Assembly: GCA_964631685.1 (NCBI GenBank)
Contig: CAZVZU010000004.1
Location: 65,249-129,248, forward strand
Source of the DNA: an uncultured Actinomycetes bacterium
GTDB lineage: Bacteria > SZUA-79 > Acidulodesulfobacterales > Acidulodesulfobacteraceae
Direction: 5' to 3'
DNA length: 64,000 nucleotides
In this document: piece after piece, positions 10,727 through 20,060 of the stretch
How positions within the stretch are numbered: position 1 is the stretch's first letter
How the letters are laid out: each line of letters begins with the position of its first letter
Notes under the pieces: model-generated
Database searches by the model: none
Told to the model about the DNA's origin: nothing
What the model saw: the letters and a program-made list of their open reading frames with translations, nothing else
Position numbers and translations under genes: made by a program

Positions 10727-10918
10727 TTATACGGCCTTTATAACCTTGCCCGCCTTAAGGCATTTCGTACAAACCTTAATTTTCTTACCGGAACCGTTAA
10801 TAACGGCTTTAACCTCGTGTAAATTTGGATAAGACACCTTCTTAGTCTTATTGTTGGCGTGTGAAACATTATTACCGTATTGAATACCCTTACCGCATAT
10901 ACTGCAAACTCTTGACAT
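10727..10918 (-). CDS. rpmB: 50S ribosomal protein L28 (Zn-binding form)
   Basis: [10 protein letters not shown]...[11 protein letters not shown]...VCTKC. Confidence 0.96.
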   Translation of the reverse strand: MSRVCSICGKGIQYGNNVSHANNKTKKVSYPNLHEVKAVINGSGKKIKVCTKCLKAGKVIKAV

Positions 10919-11053
10919 ATTGTAAACCCCTTTATATATCTGTTTCTATGGTATTTTTATTTAATTATGCACTCTTTTTTATTTTTAAAATAATCAATTC
11001 GATCAGTATATAGACAAATTTGCTAATTGTCAACTAAAAACTCTTTTTTACCC

Positions 11054-11100
11054 ATATATCAACCCCTCAATTCATATAACAAATTAAGGGGTTGATATAT
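11054..11100. terminator. Hairpin downstream of pstS, probable terminator
   Basis: 19-bp inverted repeat ATATATCAACCCCTCAATT / AATTAAGGGGTTGATATAT with one mismatch; no clear U-tract. Confidence 0.55.
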
Positions 11101-11127
11101 TACATCAATAGGTATTAATGGTAATGC

Positions 11128-12228
11128 TTATTTTACTTGAGCCAAAAGCCTTCTAACATTTCCTATAACTGATTTTGGAAGAGGAGCAAAGCCCGTTGAC
11201 GAGGTGTATTTATGTGCCTGACCCGGGCCAAGCACCCAGTTTGTCAAATTCTTGATTATTTTCTTCGTGGCGGTATTAGGTTGCTTCCTTCTTACCATCC
11301 AGAATTCAAAATTAGAGATTGGATAAGCATCCTTTCCCGGAATGTTCCATACAATGGATTTAGCAAAATCCGCTGGAAAGTCGCCTTTTTTAAGGGCTGA
11401 ATGGGCGGCTGCAGCAATAGTTTTAACGGAACCAACGACATAGTAACCAGCCTTATTTAGCAGTGCGGCATTTGAAACATGATATTCCAATACCCATCCG
11501 AAACCGGCATAACCGATTGCTCCCGGAGTTTTTTTAACGGCAGAAACAACAGCATCGTTTCCTAAGTATCCGCTTCCAACCGGCCACGCGGGAGACAAGC
11601 TTGTTCCTATTTTATTCGCCCATGTTTTTGACGTATCAGTTAAGAAACTCGTAAAACCAAAGGTTGTTCCGCTTGCGTCGGCCCTGTGAATTACAAATAT
11701 ATGCATATCAGGAAATTTGTATTGCGGGTTTAATTTTTTAAATATTGGATTATTCCAGTTTTTTACCTTCCCCAGATAAATATTGGCGACCAATTGCGGC
11801 GTCATCTTTAAATTAACATTATTTGGTATCCCCGGAATATTATAAATAACCTCAGCATCATCAAGGGCTACCGGAATGTTTATTAAATTAGGATACCTTT
11901 TCTTAAATGCCGTTGTAAGATAAGCATCTGAAGCACCTATGGTAACGTTACCTGCGGCAGCATTGGTGATACCGAAACCAGAACCCGTACTCGCAACGGA
12001 GACGGTGATATGTGGATGAATTTTTTGGTATGCAACAGCCCAAACGCTGTTTAACGGATAAAGCATACTAGAACCGGAAACCGTAACCGTTCCAGCGGGA
12101 AGCGCAGATTGCGAACCGACAGTGGGAGTCTTCGACTTTGCGCAGCCGGCAACAAAAACGGATACGATAAAGACAGACCCGATTACCGCCAAGCTTCCCA
12201 TAATTTTTTTAAAAATACTTCGTTTCAT
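11128..12228 (-). CDS. pstS: Phosphate ABC transporter substrate-binding lipoprotein
   Basis: VAGC lipobox; GSS, TGSGFG, GASD, HRADASGTT, YPI motifs; upstream Pho box. Confidence 0.92.
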   Translation of the reverse strand: MKRSIFKKIMGSLAVIGSVFIVSVFVAGCAKSKTPTVGSQSALPAGTVTVSGSSMLYPLNSVWAVAYQKIHPHITVSVASTGSGFGITNAAAGNVTIGASDAYLTTAFKKRYPNLINIPVALDDAEVIYNIPGIPNNVNLKMTPQLVANIYLGKVKNWNNPIFKKLNPQYKFPDMHIFVIHRADASGTTFGFTSFLTDTSKTWANKIGTSLSPAWPVGSGYLGNDAVVSAVKKTPGAIGYAGFGWVLEYHVSNAALLNKAGYYVVGSVKTIAAAAHSALKKGDFPADFAKSIVWNIPGKDAYPISNFEFWMVRRKQPNTATKKIIKNLTNWVLGPGQAHKYTSSTGFAPLPKSVIGNVRRLLAQVK

Positions 12229-12317
12229 AAATTCCCTCCATAAATAGGTTTTTAACCAGTTAAATTTACTTTTTTGCTAATTATGCTGCTTTTATTAAAT
12301 CGTCTTGTTATGTGTAG

Positions 12318-12373
12318 ATAATAACAGATTAATGTTACGACTTTATTACAATTTTGTTAAATTTTTATTACAT
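12318..12373 (-). promoter_or_regulatory. Pho box (four 11-bp units) and -10 element of the pstS promoter
   Basis: Minus strand ATGTAATAAAA ATTTAACAAAA TTGTAATAAAG TCGTAACATTA, with TATTAT 10 bp after the last heptamer. Confidence 0.75.
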
Positions 12374-12413
12374 TACATACTACTCCTATGTTTCTATTTA
12401 ATGTAATATATAC

Positions 12414-12442
12414 TTGATATTATTCATACCTTGCTATATACT
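12414..12442 (+). promoter_or_regulatory. Sigma-70-type promoter for the Fe-ADH gene
   Basis: TTGATA-17 bp-TATACT. Confidence 0.5.
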
Positions 12443-12523
12443 TCTTGATATAAGTACGGTTTTACACCTGCCATAATTTAATAAATATAAACAATATAAA
12501 TTAAAATAACGAGGGGGTACATT

Positions 12524-13693
12524 ATGGAGTCTATGAATATTAATGTTTTTAATCCGACAAAAATACACTTTGGGAACGGATGCATAAACGATGCCGGAAA
12601 AATAGCTATAAAATACTCGGATAACGCTTTGATTATAACAGGCAAGTCCTCTATGCGAAAGTCCGGGACGTTAGATAGGTTAGTAAAAATTATGAGAAAT
12701 GCGGGGGTTAATCCTATTATATTCGATAAAATCACGCCAAATCCCACGATTGATGAGATAGACAATGCCGCCGATATCGCAAAAGAAAAAGCAGTCGGCT
12801 TAATAATCGGATTAGGAGGAGGCAGTTCGCTAGATTCCGCTAAAGCCGTTGCCGTTGCCGCAAAAGGAAATATCCCCGTTTGGGAATACCTTAATGTGCA
12901 CACTTCGGATGCCCTACCGGTGATAACTATTGTTTCTACATCCGGTACGGGTAGCGAGGTAAACAGATACGCCGTTATGACGAATCCTAGAACCGAAGAA
13001 AAACCCGGATTTGGCTATGAATGCATGTATCCTAAGGAAGCAATCATAGATCCTGAAATCATGACGTCAATGCCCGCCTATGTCACAGCTACCACCGGCT
13101 TTGATGTATTTATTCATATACTGGAAGCGTTCACTGGCAAGACAAGAAATGCTTTTTCTTCCGCCTATTGCATGCAAGCATTTTATCTGTTAAGGGACAA
13201 TATTATTAAGGCTTATAATGAACCCCATAATTTAGACGCACGGGGCAATATGGCATTAGCCTCCGCTCTTGCCGGACTTGCCATAGACCTGTCGGGGGTT
13301 GGTATTATGCATGCCCTTGAGCATCCCTTATCCGGCCATTACACGAATATAGCCCATGGTGCCGGACTTGCCGCTTTAACGGTAGAGTCTATGAAATTTA
13401 ATCTTGAAGCATGTAAAAGAGATTTTATGCTTATAGCTCATCATTTTGGCATAAAAAGAGCCGGAAGAAATGATGATGAATACGCCTATTCCTTGATTGA
13501 AAAAACACGGGAACTACTAACATCCCTCAATCTAAATATCAGCCTAAAGGATTTAGGCGTGGAAAAAAGCGCGCTACCGAAGGTTGCCGAAGGGGCATTT
13601 ACAACAATGGGTTTTGCCGTCCAGAACAATCCCGCGCCCGCCAGCGAACAAACAGCACTCATGCTACTTGAGAAAAGCTATCAAACGCAATAA
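12524..13693 (+). CDS. Iron-containing alcohol dehydrogenase
   Basis: PNPT, GLGGGSSLDSAK, TSGTGSE, D-x3-H, HALEH and HG metal-ligand motifs. Confidence 0.92.
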   Translation: MESMNINVFNPTKIHFGNGCINDAGKIAIKYSDNALIITGKSSMRKSGTLDRLVKIMRNAGVNPIIFDKITPNPTIDEIDNAADIAKEKAVGLIIGLGGGSSLDSAKAVAVAAKGNIPVWEYLNVHTSDALPVITIVSTSGTGSEVNRYAVMTNPRTEEKPGFGYECMYPKEAIIDPEIMTSMPAYVTATTGFDVFIHILEAFTGKTRNAFSSAYCMQAFYLLRDNIIKAYNEPHNLDARGNMALASALAGLAIDLSGVGIMHALEHPLSGHYTNIAHGAGLAALTVESMKFNLEACKRDFMLIAHHFGIKRAGRNDDEYAYSLIEKTRELLTSLNLNISLKDLGVEKSALPKVAEGAFTTMGFAVQNNPAPASEQTALMLLEKSYQTQ

Positions 13694-13702
13694 GTAAAAA
13701 CT

Positions 13703-13741
13703 AAAAAACCTCAATCACCGTTGAATTTACGGTGATTGAGG
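13703..13741 (-). terminator. Intrinsic terminator between convergent ADH and outer-membrane protein genes
   Basis: Perfect 13-bp stem CCTCAATCACCGT/ACGGTGATTGAGG followed by T6 on the minus strand. Confidence 0.8.
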
Positions 13742-13773
13742 AAATAAATAAACCAACTAAGATACCTATTGTC

Positions 13774-15519
13774 TTAGAAATTCCAAACAATAGCTGAGCC
13801 TAGTGCTATTATATCTTTATGCGTAGCCTTTGCAAACGACCTAGGTGTCGGAGAATAGTACCCTGCCGCATAAGTTCCTTTAGGTGATGTTATATCAATA
13901 ATACATGATGGGCCTGTGGGCGCAGTGCCGCAATATGTAGGAGCAGGTGTAGATGCTGATTCTACGCCTCTTCCTGTCCATACATAACCACCCCATGCCT
14001 GAAACATTAAGGTTTTAGTAAAATGATGCGTAAAGTTAAGGTCAAATTCGGTTCCTATATTTGAACCACCGAACATCGGCGACCCGTTTATGCTATCCTT
14101 TAACCATGCCGCATGAACAAATGACTCCTGAAGGGTGTTGCCGGAAGCAAGAAATTCCTTCGCATACACCATAACCCCGTATTTATTTGCCAAGTTTGTA
14201 CCAAGCGGAGGACCATATATGAAAGCATTACCTGGAGCATTCATTTGAATCGCCTGCCAGTTAGAATCTATTACGTTACCGAACAGAGTTCTGGTGCTTT
14301 GTACCTGCGAATAATAAGTAAAATTATAGTGACCCGCAGATATAGGCGCACCTGCGCCGAACTTTAATCCCACAGACACGGGAGTAGATGTTGGTAACAT
14401 TGTAGAACCGGTCAAATACAGATCATAGGAACTGATGTCATTGTACGTATTGGTTCCAGTCGGCTGAACCGGCACATAATAACCTGCGTTTATGGTTCCT
14501 GATCCTATAGGATTGGAATACGGTACGAGATTACTAGGATAGTTATTAATTGCAGTACTGGACGCGATAATTCTGCCCCTGAAGTAATCGAATTCACCCG
14601 CTAACTTCGTTCCTGCCTTAGAATACTTTACGGATAAACCGCCAAATGTAATATTTGCGGTTGGTTCCAATGATGTTACAGTAGTTGCAGGGCTGTAAGC
14701 GGTACCACCTCCAGCTAATGTTACTACCTCGTGAAGAGAAGTACCAAACTGATTTAGATGCGCCTCGGTCAGCCATGCGCTGTAACTAATATCATTAATA
14801 GGTCTCAATGTCATGACCTCGATGGTCGGTATCGTACCTACTTGCATATGGGTATACCCAATGCCGGTAGGAGGATGTATGCCTGCGTTATAAACGTTAT
14901 TACCATTGTTATAAGCACTAACCTCTGAACCGAACAATGTTCCTGCGAATACGCCGATATTACCTAACGGAAGAAAATCTCCCAGTCCGTCGGCATTTGT
15001 GTTAACGGCAATACCAAGACCAAATTTAACGGGCATACGACCAACCATAATGGCACCTATAGGCGTTATAACCCTAAGGTACGCTTGTCTTAGGCCAAAT
15101 GTGTTAAAATCGTGGTTAAATCCGATAGGTGCCGGGGTTCCGCCTAGTGCGGTCCAACCGTTAGTTCCATAACCGTTCGTAACACCGTTGTAAGAATTTG
15201 TCAAATCCAATTGAACAAAAAGCTCGGCAAGCGGCATGCCGTGAGCAAGTTCATCATAGCTTATTGTAGAATTTAATCTTACCCTCTGAAGAAATGTCTG
15301 AAAGGTATTCCTGCTTGCATATTGCGAACTAGTAGAAAATACCTGCGCCTGGTTCTGTGCCCAAAGTGCCTTTACGGCATATTGTCCGCTCAAACTAAAC
15401 GAAACGCCCTTTTTTGCCGATTGCGAAGCGGCAAATGATGGCACAGCCATCATTAATGTTAAAAAACCGACAATTGCAACCGCAGCAAGCAACGCCGGTA
15501 ATGAAATTTTCTTCTTCAT
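13774..15519 (-). CDS. Putative outer-membrane beta-barrel/porin
   Basis: Signal peptide (MKKK...SFA-A), amphipathic beta-strand pattern, C-terminal AIVWNF; GGAGGT RBS before ATG 15519. Confidence 0.7.
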   Translation of the reverse strand: MKKKISLPALLAAVAIVGFLTLMMAVPSFAASQSAKKGVSFSLSGQYAVKALWAQNQAQVFSTSSQYASRNTFQTFLQRVRLNSTISYDELAHGMPLAELFVQLDLTNSYNGVTNGYGTNGWTALGGTPAPIGFNHDFNTFGLRQAYLRVITPIGAIMVGRMPVKFGLGIAVNTNADGLGDFLPLGNIGVFAGTLFGSEVSAYNNGNNVYNAGIHPPTGIGYTHMQVGTIPTIEVMTLRPINDISYSAWLTEAHLNQFGTSLHEVVTLAGGGTAYSPATTVTSLEPTANITFGGLSVKYSKAGTKLAGEFDYFRGRIIASSTAINNYPSNLVPYSNPIGSGTINAGYYVPVQPTGTNTYNDISSYDLYLTGSTMLPTSTPVSVGLKFGAGAPISAGHYNFTYYSQVQSTRTLFGNVIDSNWQAIQMNAPGNAFIYGPPLGTNLANKYGVMVYAKEFLASGNTLQESFVHAAWLKDSINGSPMFGGSNIGTEFDLNFTHHFTKTLMFQAWGGYVWTGRGVESASTPAPTYCGTAPTGPSCIIDITSPKGTYAAGYYSPTPRSFAKATHKDIIALGSAIVWNF

Positions 15520-15763
15520 CTTTACCTCCATTATTTAATTATTTAACCATATAGCATGCAACAAGATAATCGTATTTTTAAAATCTAAATCCACACGGGC
15601 ACGCTACCCTTTCCCGTAGCATTATTAATTAACATATGTCACAAAGCATTGTCAAGAAAAAAATAAACATTTATTTAAATTATTAACTTACGATAAACCA
15701 TTCATTTATTATAATATACTAATATTCTTATATATATTTCTATCTATACATTAATTATACAAA

Positions 15764-16864
15764 TTAAGTGGTCTTTGCATTAACGACGGCTACCAATCTC
15801 GCATTTTCTTTATGGGATAGTGAGGAGTGAAGGGCGCTTTGCCTAATTGACATTTCATCTTTCCTGATGTCTGCCACCAAGTGTTCCCCTATCTTCATTA
15901 CTAATTTTGAATTCATCTCGTGTCCTGTTCTTTTTGCCAACACCCTACCCTTAATTCTATAACCAGACAAGTAAATATCGCCTATTAAGTCTAATACTTT
16001 ATGCCTAATAAACTCGTCTTTATATCTAAGCCCGCCTTTATTAAGAACAGATGTTTCGTCCAATACTAGGGCATTATCTAAGCTGCCTCCGAGTGCAAGC
16101 CCGCTCTTTTTCATATATTCAACATCTTTTAAAAAACCGAATGTCCTAGCCTTAGAAATCTCCTTATGAAAATTGCAGGCATCAATTTTCATATCAAAAG
16201 AATCTGAATGCACTAAGGGATGATCAAAATCCATACTATAGGATATCTCGAAATCGTTAGACGGATATACGGCAATGCTCATTTCTTCAACCATATTGCT
16301 TTTATTAGTAATAGGTCTACCCGCATCCGATACAACGCTATCGTTACTTACGACTATCGGTTTAAGTATCTCTATATATTTCCTACGTTCACCTAATTTT
16401 TTGATTCCACTTTCGTAAAAAGCATCGTAAAAACACCCTGCGCTTCCGTCCATAGCCGGGATCTCGCCACCATAAACCTCAATCAGGACATTGTCAATAC
16501 CTGCGCCCCATAGTGCCGACATTAAGTGCTCAACTGTGGATATGCACCTTCCGGGCAAAATGCCGCCGTTGACCTTTTTTACGCTCCCTATGCTGGTTCT
16601 TAGTGTCGTAGAGCAAATATTACTGACATCGGCTCTAATTACGGCATTCGGCTTTACATCCTTCCTTATAAACAGAATGCCGGAATTGGCTTTTGCCGGT
16701 TTTATCGTAATAGATGTTTCTTTCCCTGTATGCAACCCAATTCCCTTAAAAAAGAGTACATCTGACACGGTACATTGACGTTCATCCTTGTCTTCCTTTA
16801 ATATCGCATAGCTTCCCATAATAATTCGACCCCTCTTAGTAACTTCCATAGAATTAAATATCAA
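15764..16864 (-). CDS. lpxC: UDP-3-O-acyl-GlcNAc deacetylase (start may be 16849 or 16819)
   Basis: GIGLHTG, STVEHLMSAL, PAMDGSA, ARTFGF, RHKVLDLIGD. Confidence 0.95.
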   Translation of the reverse strand: MIFNSMEVTKRGRIIMGSYAILKEDKDERQCTVSDVLFFKGIGLHTGKETSITIKPAKANSGILFIRKDVKPNAVIRADVSNICSTTLRTSIGSVKKVNGGILPGRCISTVEHLMSALWGAGIDNVLIEVYGGEIPAMDGSAGCFYDAFYESGIKKLGERRKYIEILKPIVVSNDSVVSDAGRPITNKSNMVEEMSIAVYPSNDFEISYSMDFDHPLVHSDSFDMKIDACNFHKEISKARTFGFLKDVEYMKKSGLALGGSLDNALVLDETSVLNKGGLRYKDEFIRHKVLDLIGDIYLSGYRIKGRVLAKRTGHEMNSKLVMKIGEHLVADIRKDEMSIRQSALHSSLSHKENARLVAVVNAKTT

Positions 16865-16906
16865 CGATCAAGCAAGAACCCCATAAGACAAAGCTATATT
16901 ATGTTT

Positions 16907-16923
16907 ATGCAAAAAACATGCCA
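16907..16923 (-). promoter_or_regulatory. Sigma-54 (-24/-12) promoter upstream of lpxC
   Basis: TGGCATG-TTTT-TTGCAT with exact GG-N10-GC spacing. Confidence 0.75.
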
Positions 16924-17030
16924 TTTTTTGCATAAAATACATAATAAATAAAGTTAACAAAATTAGTAAGTTATATGAAAAATAGATACAACAATGCAAT
17001 TCGCTTATTCAACATGAATTTTTTTTCATA

Positions 17031-17064
17031 TGTCTTAATGCGAACTAAAATTCGCATTAAGACA
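17031..17064. repeat. Perfect 14-bp inverted repeat (activator site or terminator of the ruv/queH transcript)
   Basis: TGTCTTAATGCGAA-CTAAAA-TTCGCATTAAGACA. Confidence 0.7.
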
Positions 17065-17099
17065 ACCGTGCAGTGTGCAATAAAGCAGATTTATTTATT

Positions 17100-17645
17100 T
17101 TAAATTTTTTTATAAAATCTCTCTTTTTCACTATAAATACAGCCGCAATAGTTTTGCCTGTAAAGGTTGTAGTCATGAGATAATTTTATACCTTCCTTAT
17201 AGCCTAATCGAAAATCCTCATAGTAAAATTTAACTCCATATTTTGTTTCCAGATTAAAACCTACATCCTTGATATAATCATGTTTTTGATGTTTGCTATA
17301 TAAAAGCGTTGTTGAAAAATGACTAAATTTTGAGGATAAAGCAAGCTTCACTGTTTTTTCAAGCCGGCTGCCAATACAGTAATAACAACGGTTTTCTTCT
17401 CTGAATACAACATTCCTGAGGAATTCCTCCATATCGTAGTTCTTTTCATATATAACCTTGAAATTGACCGATTTACTAAATTTTTCAAGTGATTCCTTCC
17501 TTTTTAGGTACTCGCTGTAAGGATGAATATTGGGGTTATAAAAATACCCGATAACAATGTCAAACTTTTTAGTTACAACGGTGTAAGGATACATTAAGCA
17601 GGGGGAACAGCAGGTATGTAATAAAAGTTTATTTCCGTCTTTCAT
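17100..17645 (-). CDS. queH: Epoxyqueuosine reductase QueH (DUF208)
   Basis: LLLHTCCSPC, FYNPNIHP, RCYYC, YRQNYCGCIYS. Confidence 0.92.
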   Translation of the reverse strand: MKDGNKLLLHTCCSPCLMYPYTVVTKKFDIVIGYFYNPNIHPYSEYLKRKESLEKFSKSVNFKVIYEKNYDMEEFLRNVVFREENRCYYCIGSRLEKTVKLALSSKFSHFSTTLLYSKHQKHDYIKDVGFNLETKYGVKFYYEDFRLGYKEGIKLSHDYNLYRQNYCGCIYSEKERFYKKI

Positions 17646-17663
17646 AATTGAGTATATATAATA

Positions 17664-18776
17664 CTAATTGCCAACTTCTTTTTCTTTAATAAGTCCAAAG
17701 TGACTATAAGCCGATTCAGTGGCAATCCTGCCTTTTTTGGTTCTCAGTATGAAACCGCAGGAAACTAAATATGGCTCGACAACGTCTTCAAGGGTACCCT
17801 TTTCATCGTTCATTGCTTGCGCAACCGTCTCTATTCCTACGGGCCCACCTCCGAATTTATCTATTATCGTTCTTAAAAAAAACTTATCGTTATCGTCAAG
17901 GCCAAGCTCGTCAATACCGAGACTTTCAATGCCAAACCTAGCAACATCTGCGTCAACTGTATCTTTTTTTAAATAAAACATATAATCTCTTAATCGTCTT
18001 AATAATCTATTTGCAATCCTTGGAGTGCCCCTTGAACGACGCGCAATTTCAAAAGCAGCATTATTCTCTATCTTGATACCGTAAAGAAATGCACTTCTCG
18101 TAATAATTACCGCAAGTTCATCAGGCTCATAATACTCAAGCCTAGAAGAAAAACCGAATCTGTCGCGAAGTGGGGATGGGATAAGCCCTGCCCTTGTGGT
18201 TGCACCTATGAGAGTAAATCGCGGCAGACTGATACGTATAGACTTAGCAGTCGCACCCTCGCCTATTATTATATCAAGCTTAAAATCCTCCATTGCAGGA
18301 TACAACATTTCAGCAGCCGGCTTAGGAAGTCTATGTATCTCGTCTATGAATATGATATCCCCGTTAGAAACTGAGGATAAAAGCGCCGCAATATCTCCCG
18401 CTTTCTCAATAGATGGCCCTGATGTTATTTTTATGTTAACTCCGAGTTCGTGAGATATAATATTTGCAAGCGTTGTCTTGCCAAGTCCGGGTGGTCCGAA
18501 AAACAAAAGGTGATCTAAGTCGTGATGACCAAGTGTTATGCTCCTTTTCTTGGATGCATTTATGAATATTAAAAGATTTTTTTTAAGCTTTGTCTGCCCG
18601 ATATATTCATCAAAACAGGTAGGCCTTACCGGATTATCGAAGTCGTTGCCCCCAGGGTTATTAATCTCTTCACTATCCTTATTGACACCGGCAACGCGGG
18701 AAGATGAGGAAGATTTCTTGTCACCTTTAATATTGTTACCGCCTTCTGTAGTAAAATCTTTTTTAAAAGAACTCAT
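17664..18776 (-). CDS. ruvB: Holliday junction helicase RuvB
   Basis: GPPGLGKTT, IFIDEIHRL, GATTRAG, RSRGTPRIANRLLRR. Confidence 0.97.
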   Translation of the reverse strand: MSSFKKDFTTEGGNNIKGDKKSSSSSRVAGVNKDSEEINNPGGNDFDNPVRPTCFDEYIGQTKLKKNLLIFINASKKRSITLGHHDLDHLLFFGPPGLGKTTLANIISHELGVNIKITSGPSIEKAGDIAALLSSVSNGDIIFIDEIHRLPKPAAEMLYPAMEDFKLDIIIGEGATAKSIRISLPRFTLIGATTRAGLIPSPLRDRFGFSSRLEYYEPDELAVIITRSAFLYGIKIENNAAFEIARRSRGTPRIANRLLRRLRDYMFYLKKDTVDADVARFGIESLGIDELGLDDNDKFFLRTIIDKFGGGPVGIETVAQAMNDEKGTLEDVVEPYLVSCGFILRTKKGRIATESAYSHFGLIKEKEVGN

Positions 18777-18797
18777 ATATGCTATTTTTTCATTTTA

Positions 18798-19520
18798 TTA
18801 ATTCTTTAATGAGTATATATACCTTAAACACTCTTTGGTCAAATCTTCGACGGTGATACTTGGCACCCCGCCATCTATCACATTTTTATAAACCTTACTT
18901 GCAAGATTAAACGATTCTAATCTTGAATATCCCAACGCCTCTAATGCGCCGGATGAGTCAAAAATAACTGAGGCCGATTGATTATGATCATCATCAGATC
19001 CGTCAATCGGCCTTACGTCAACGCATCCCTGCAACGTAAGTGACGTTTTGTTTTCACTGATGTCATCGCAATGATTATTACAAAGATCTTCTGCCTTTAT
19101 ATCGTTAATTAAAGCAGGTTTCTTGAAAATTTTATTTTTAAGTTCCATAATTATGCGCTCAGCCTTAGTTCTCCCTATGCCCTTAATTTGAGATAGGGCA
19201 GACACGTCTTGCATGGTCAATATATTTAAAAAATTATTGGCATCTATGCTTGAAATAACCGTTAAAGCGAGCTTAGGTCCGACATTTTTGACCTCCAGAA
19301 GGAGATTAAAAACTTCCCTCTGAATAGATGTATAGAAGCCGTAAAGGGTGATTTTATCTTCTCTGACGTGGGTATAAATAAAAAGGCTAAGAACGTCTAA
19401 GATTTTCAACTGCTCCGATGCAGGAAGAAAAACCTCGTATCCGACCCCATTTGTTTCCAGTATTATAGAGAATTTTTCATTATCTCTATAAATTACCCTT
19501 CCCTTTAAATAGGCAATCAT
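18798..19520 (-). CDS. ruvA: Holliday junction branch migration protein RuvA
   Basis: MIAYLKG, GVGYEV, HVRED, LYGF, HhH motifs, ALEALGY. Confidence 0.95.
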   Translation of the reverse strand: MIAYLKGRVIYRDNEKFSIILETNGVGYEVFLPASEQLKILDVLSLFIYTHVREDKITLYGFYTSIQREVFNLLLEVKNVGPKLALTVISSIDANNFLNILTMQDVSALSQIKGIGRTKAERIIMELKNKIFKKPALINDIKAEDLCNNHCDDISENKTSLTLQGCVDVRPIDGSDDDHNQSASVIFDSSGALEALGYSRLESFNLASKVYKNVIDGGVPSITVEDLTKECLRYIYSLKN

Positions 19521-19524
19521 ATGG

Positions 19525-20049
19525 TTATTTTAATGAGTAGATAAAGTTTGACATATCAGTAGCGCAACAAACTGCAATTGCAACCGCATCCGATATGTTG
19601 TCATCCATATTATCACTTAAAAAGGCTCTAATGCCAGAGCTCTTAGGAGCATATATCATGTTTAAAGCCTCTTTCATTTGCTGCTTATTCGCATTACCGT
19701 AACCTGCAATACTCTTTTTTACAAACCTAGGCGAATATTCCCTTAATTTTATATTGAAAACCGATGATAAGAGGCATATGACCCCCCTTGCCTGCGACAA
19801 TTTAATCAAGGATGCTGGATTTACCCCTGAAAACACAGATTCCAGAGACATCATGGTCGGCAAATACTCGTCTATAATCTCTTTTAGCTCTTCGTAAATT
19901 TTATTTAAATTATTGGGAAATTTAATATTTCTCGAATCAATTGACCCGCATGATATAAGATCAAAAACCCCTCCGAAGAATGGTAAATCCAAAACCGCCC
20001 AGCCAGTCAATCTTGAACCGGGATCAACCCCTATTATTCTGTAACTCAT
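19525..20049 (-). CDS. ruvC: Crossover junction endodeoxyribonuclease RuvC
   Basis: IIGVDPG, LSQARGV, GYGNANK, DAVAIA. Confidence 0.95.
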   Translation of the reverse strand: MSYRIIGVDPGSRLTGWAVLDLPFFGGVFDLISCGSIDSRNIKFPNNLNKIYEELKEIIDEYLPTMMSLESVFSGVNPASLIKLSQARGVICLLSSVFNIKLREYSPRFVKKSIAGYGNANKQQMKEALNMIYAPKSSGIRAFLSDNMDDNISDAVAIAVCCATDMSNFIYSLK

Positions 20050-20060
20050 GAGGAAATATC

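Noticed and set aside
15590..15625. Riboswitch in the outer-membrane protein leader
   Set aside because: Only one short hairpin; no recognisable aptamer consensus
15637..15655. Pho box upstream of the outer-membrane protein gene
   Set aside because: TGTCA repeats are 13 bp apart rather than 11, and one is simply the -35 element
16881..16910. dif site (TATATTATGTTTAT)
   Set aside because: Only a partial XerD arm and no XerC arm; better explained as part of the lpxC promoter region
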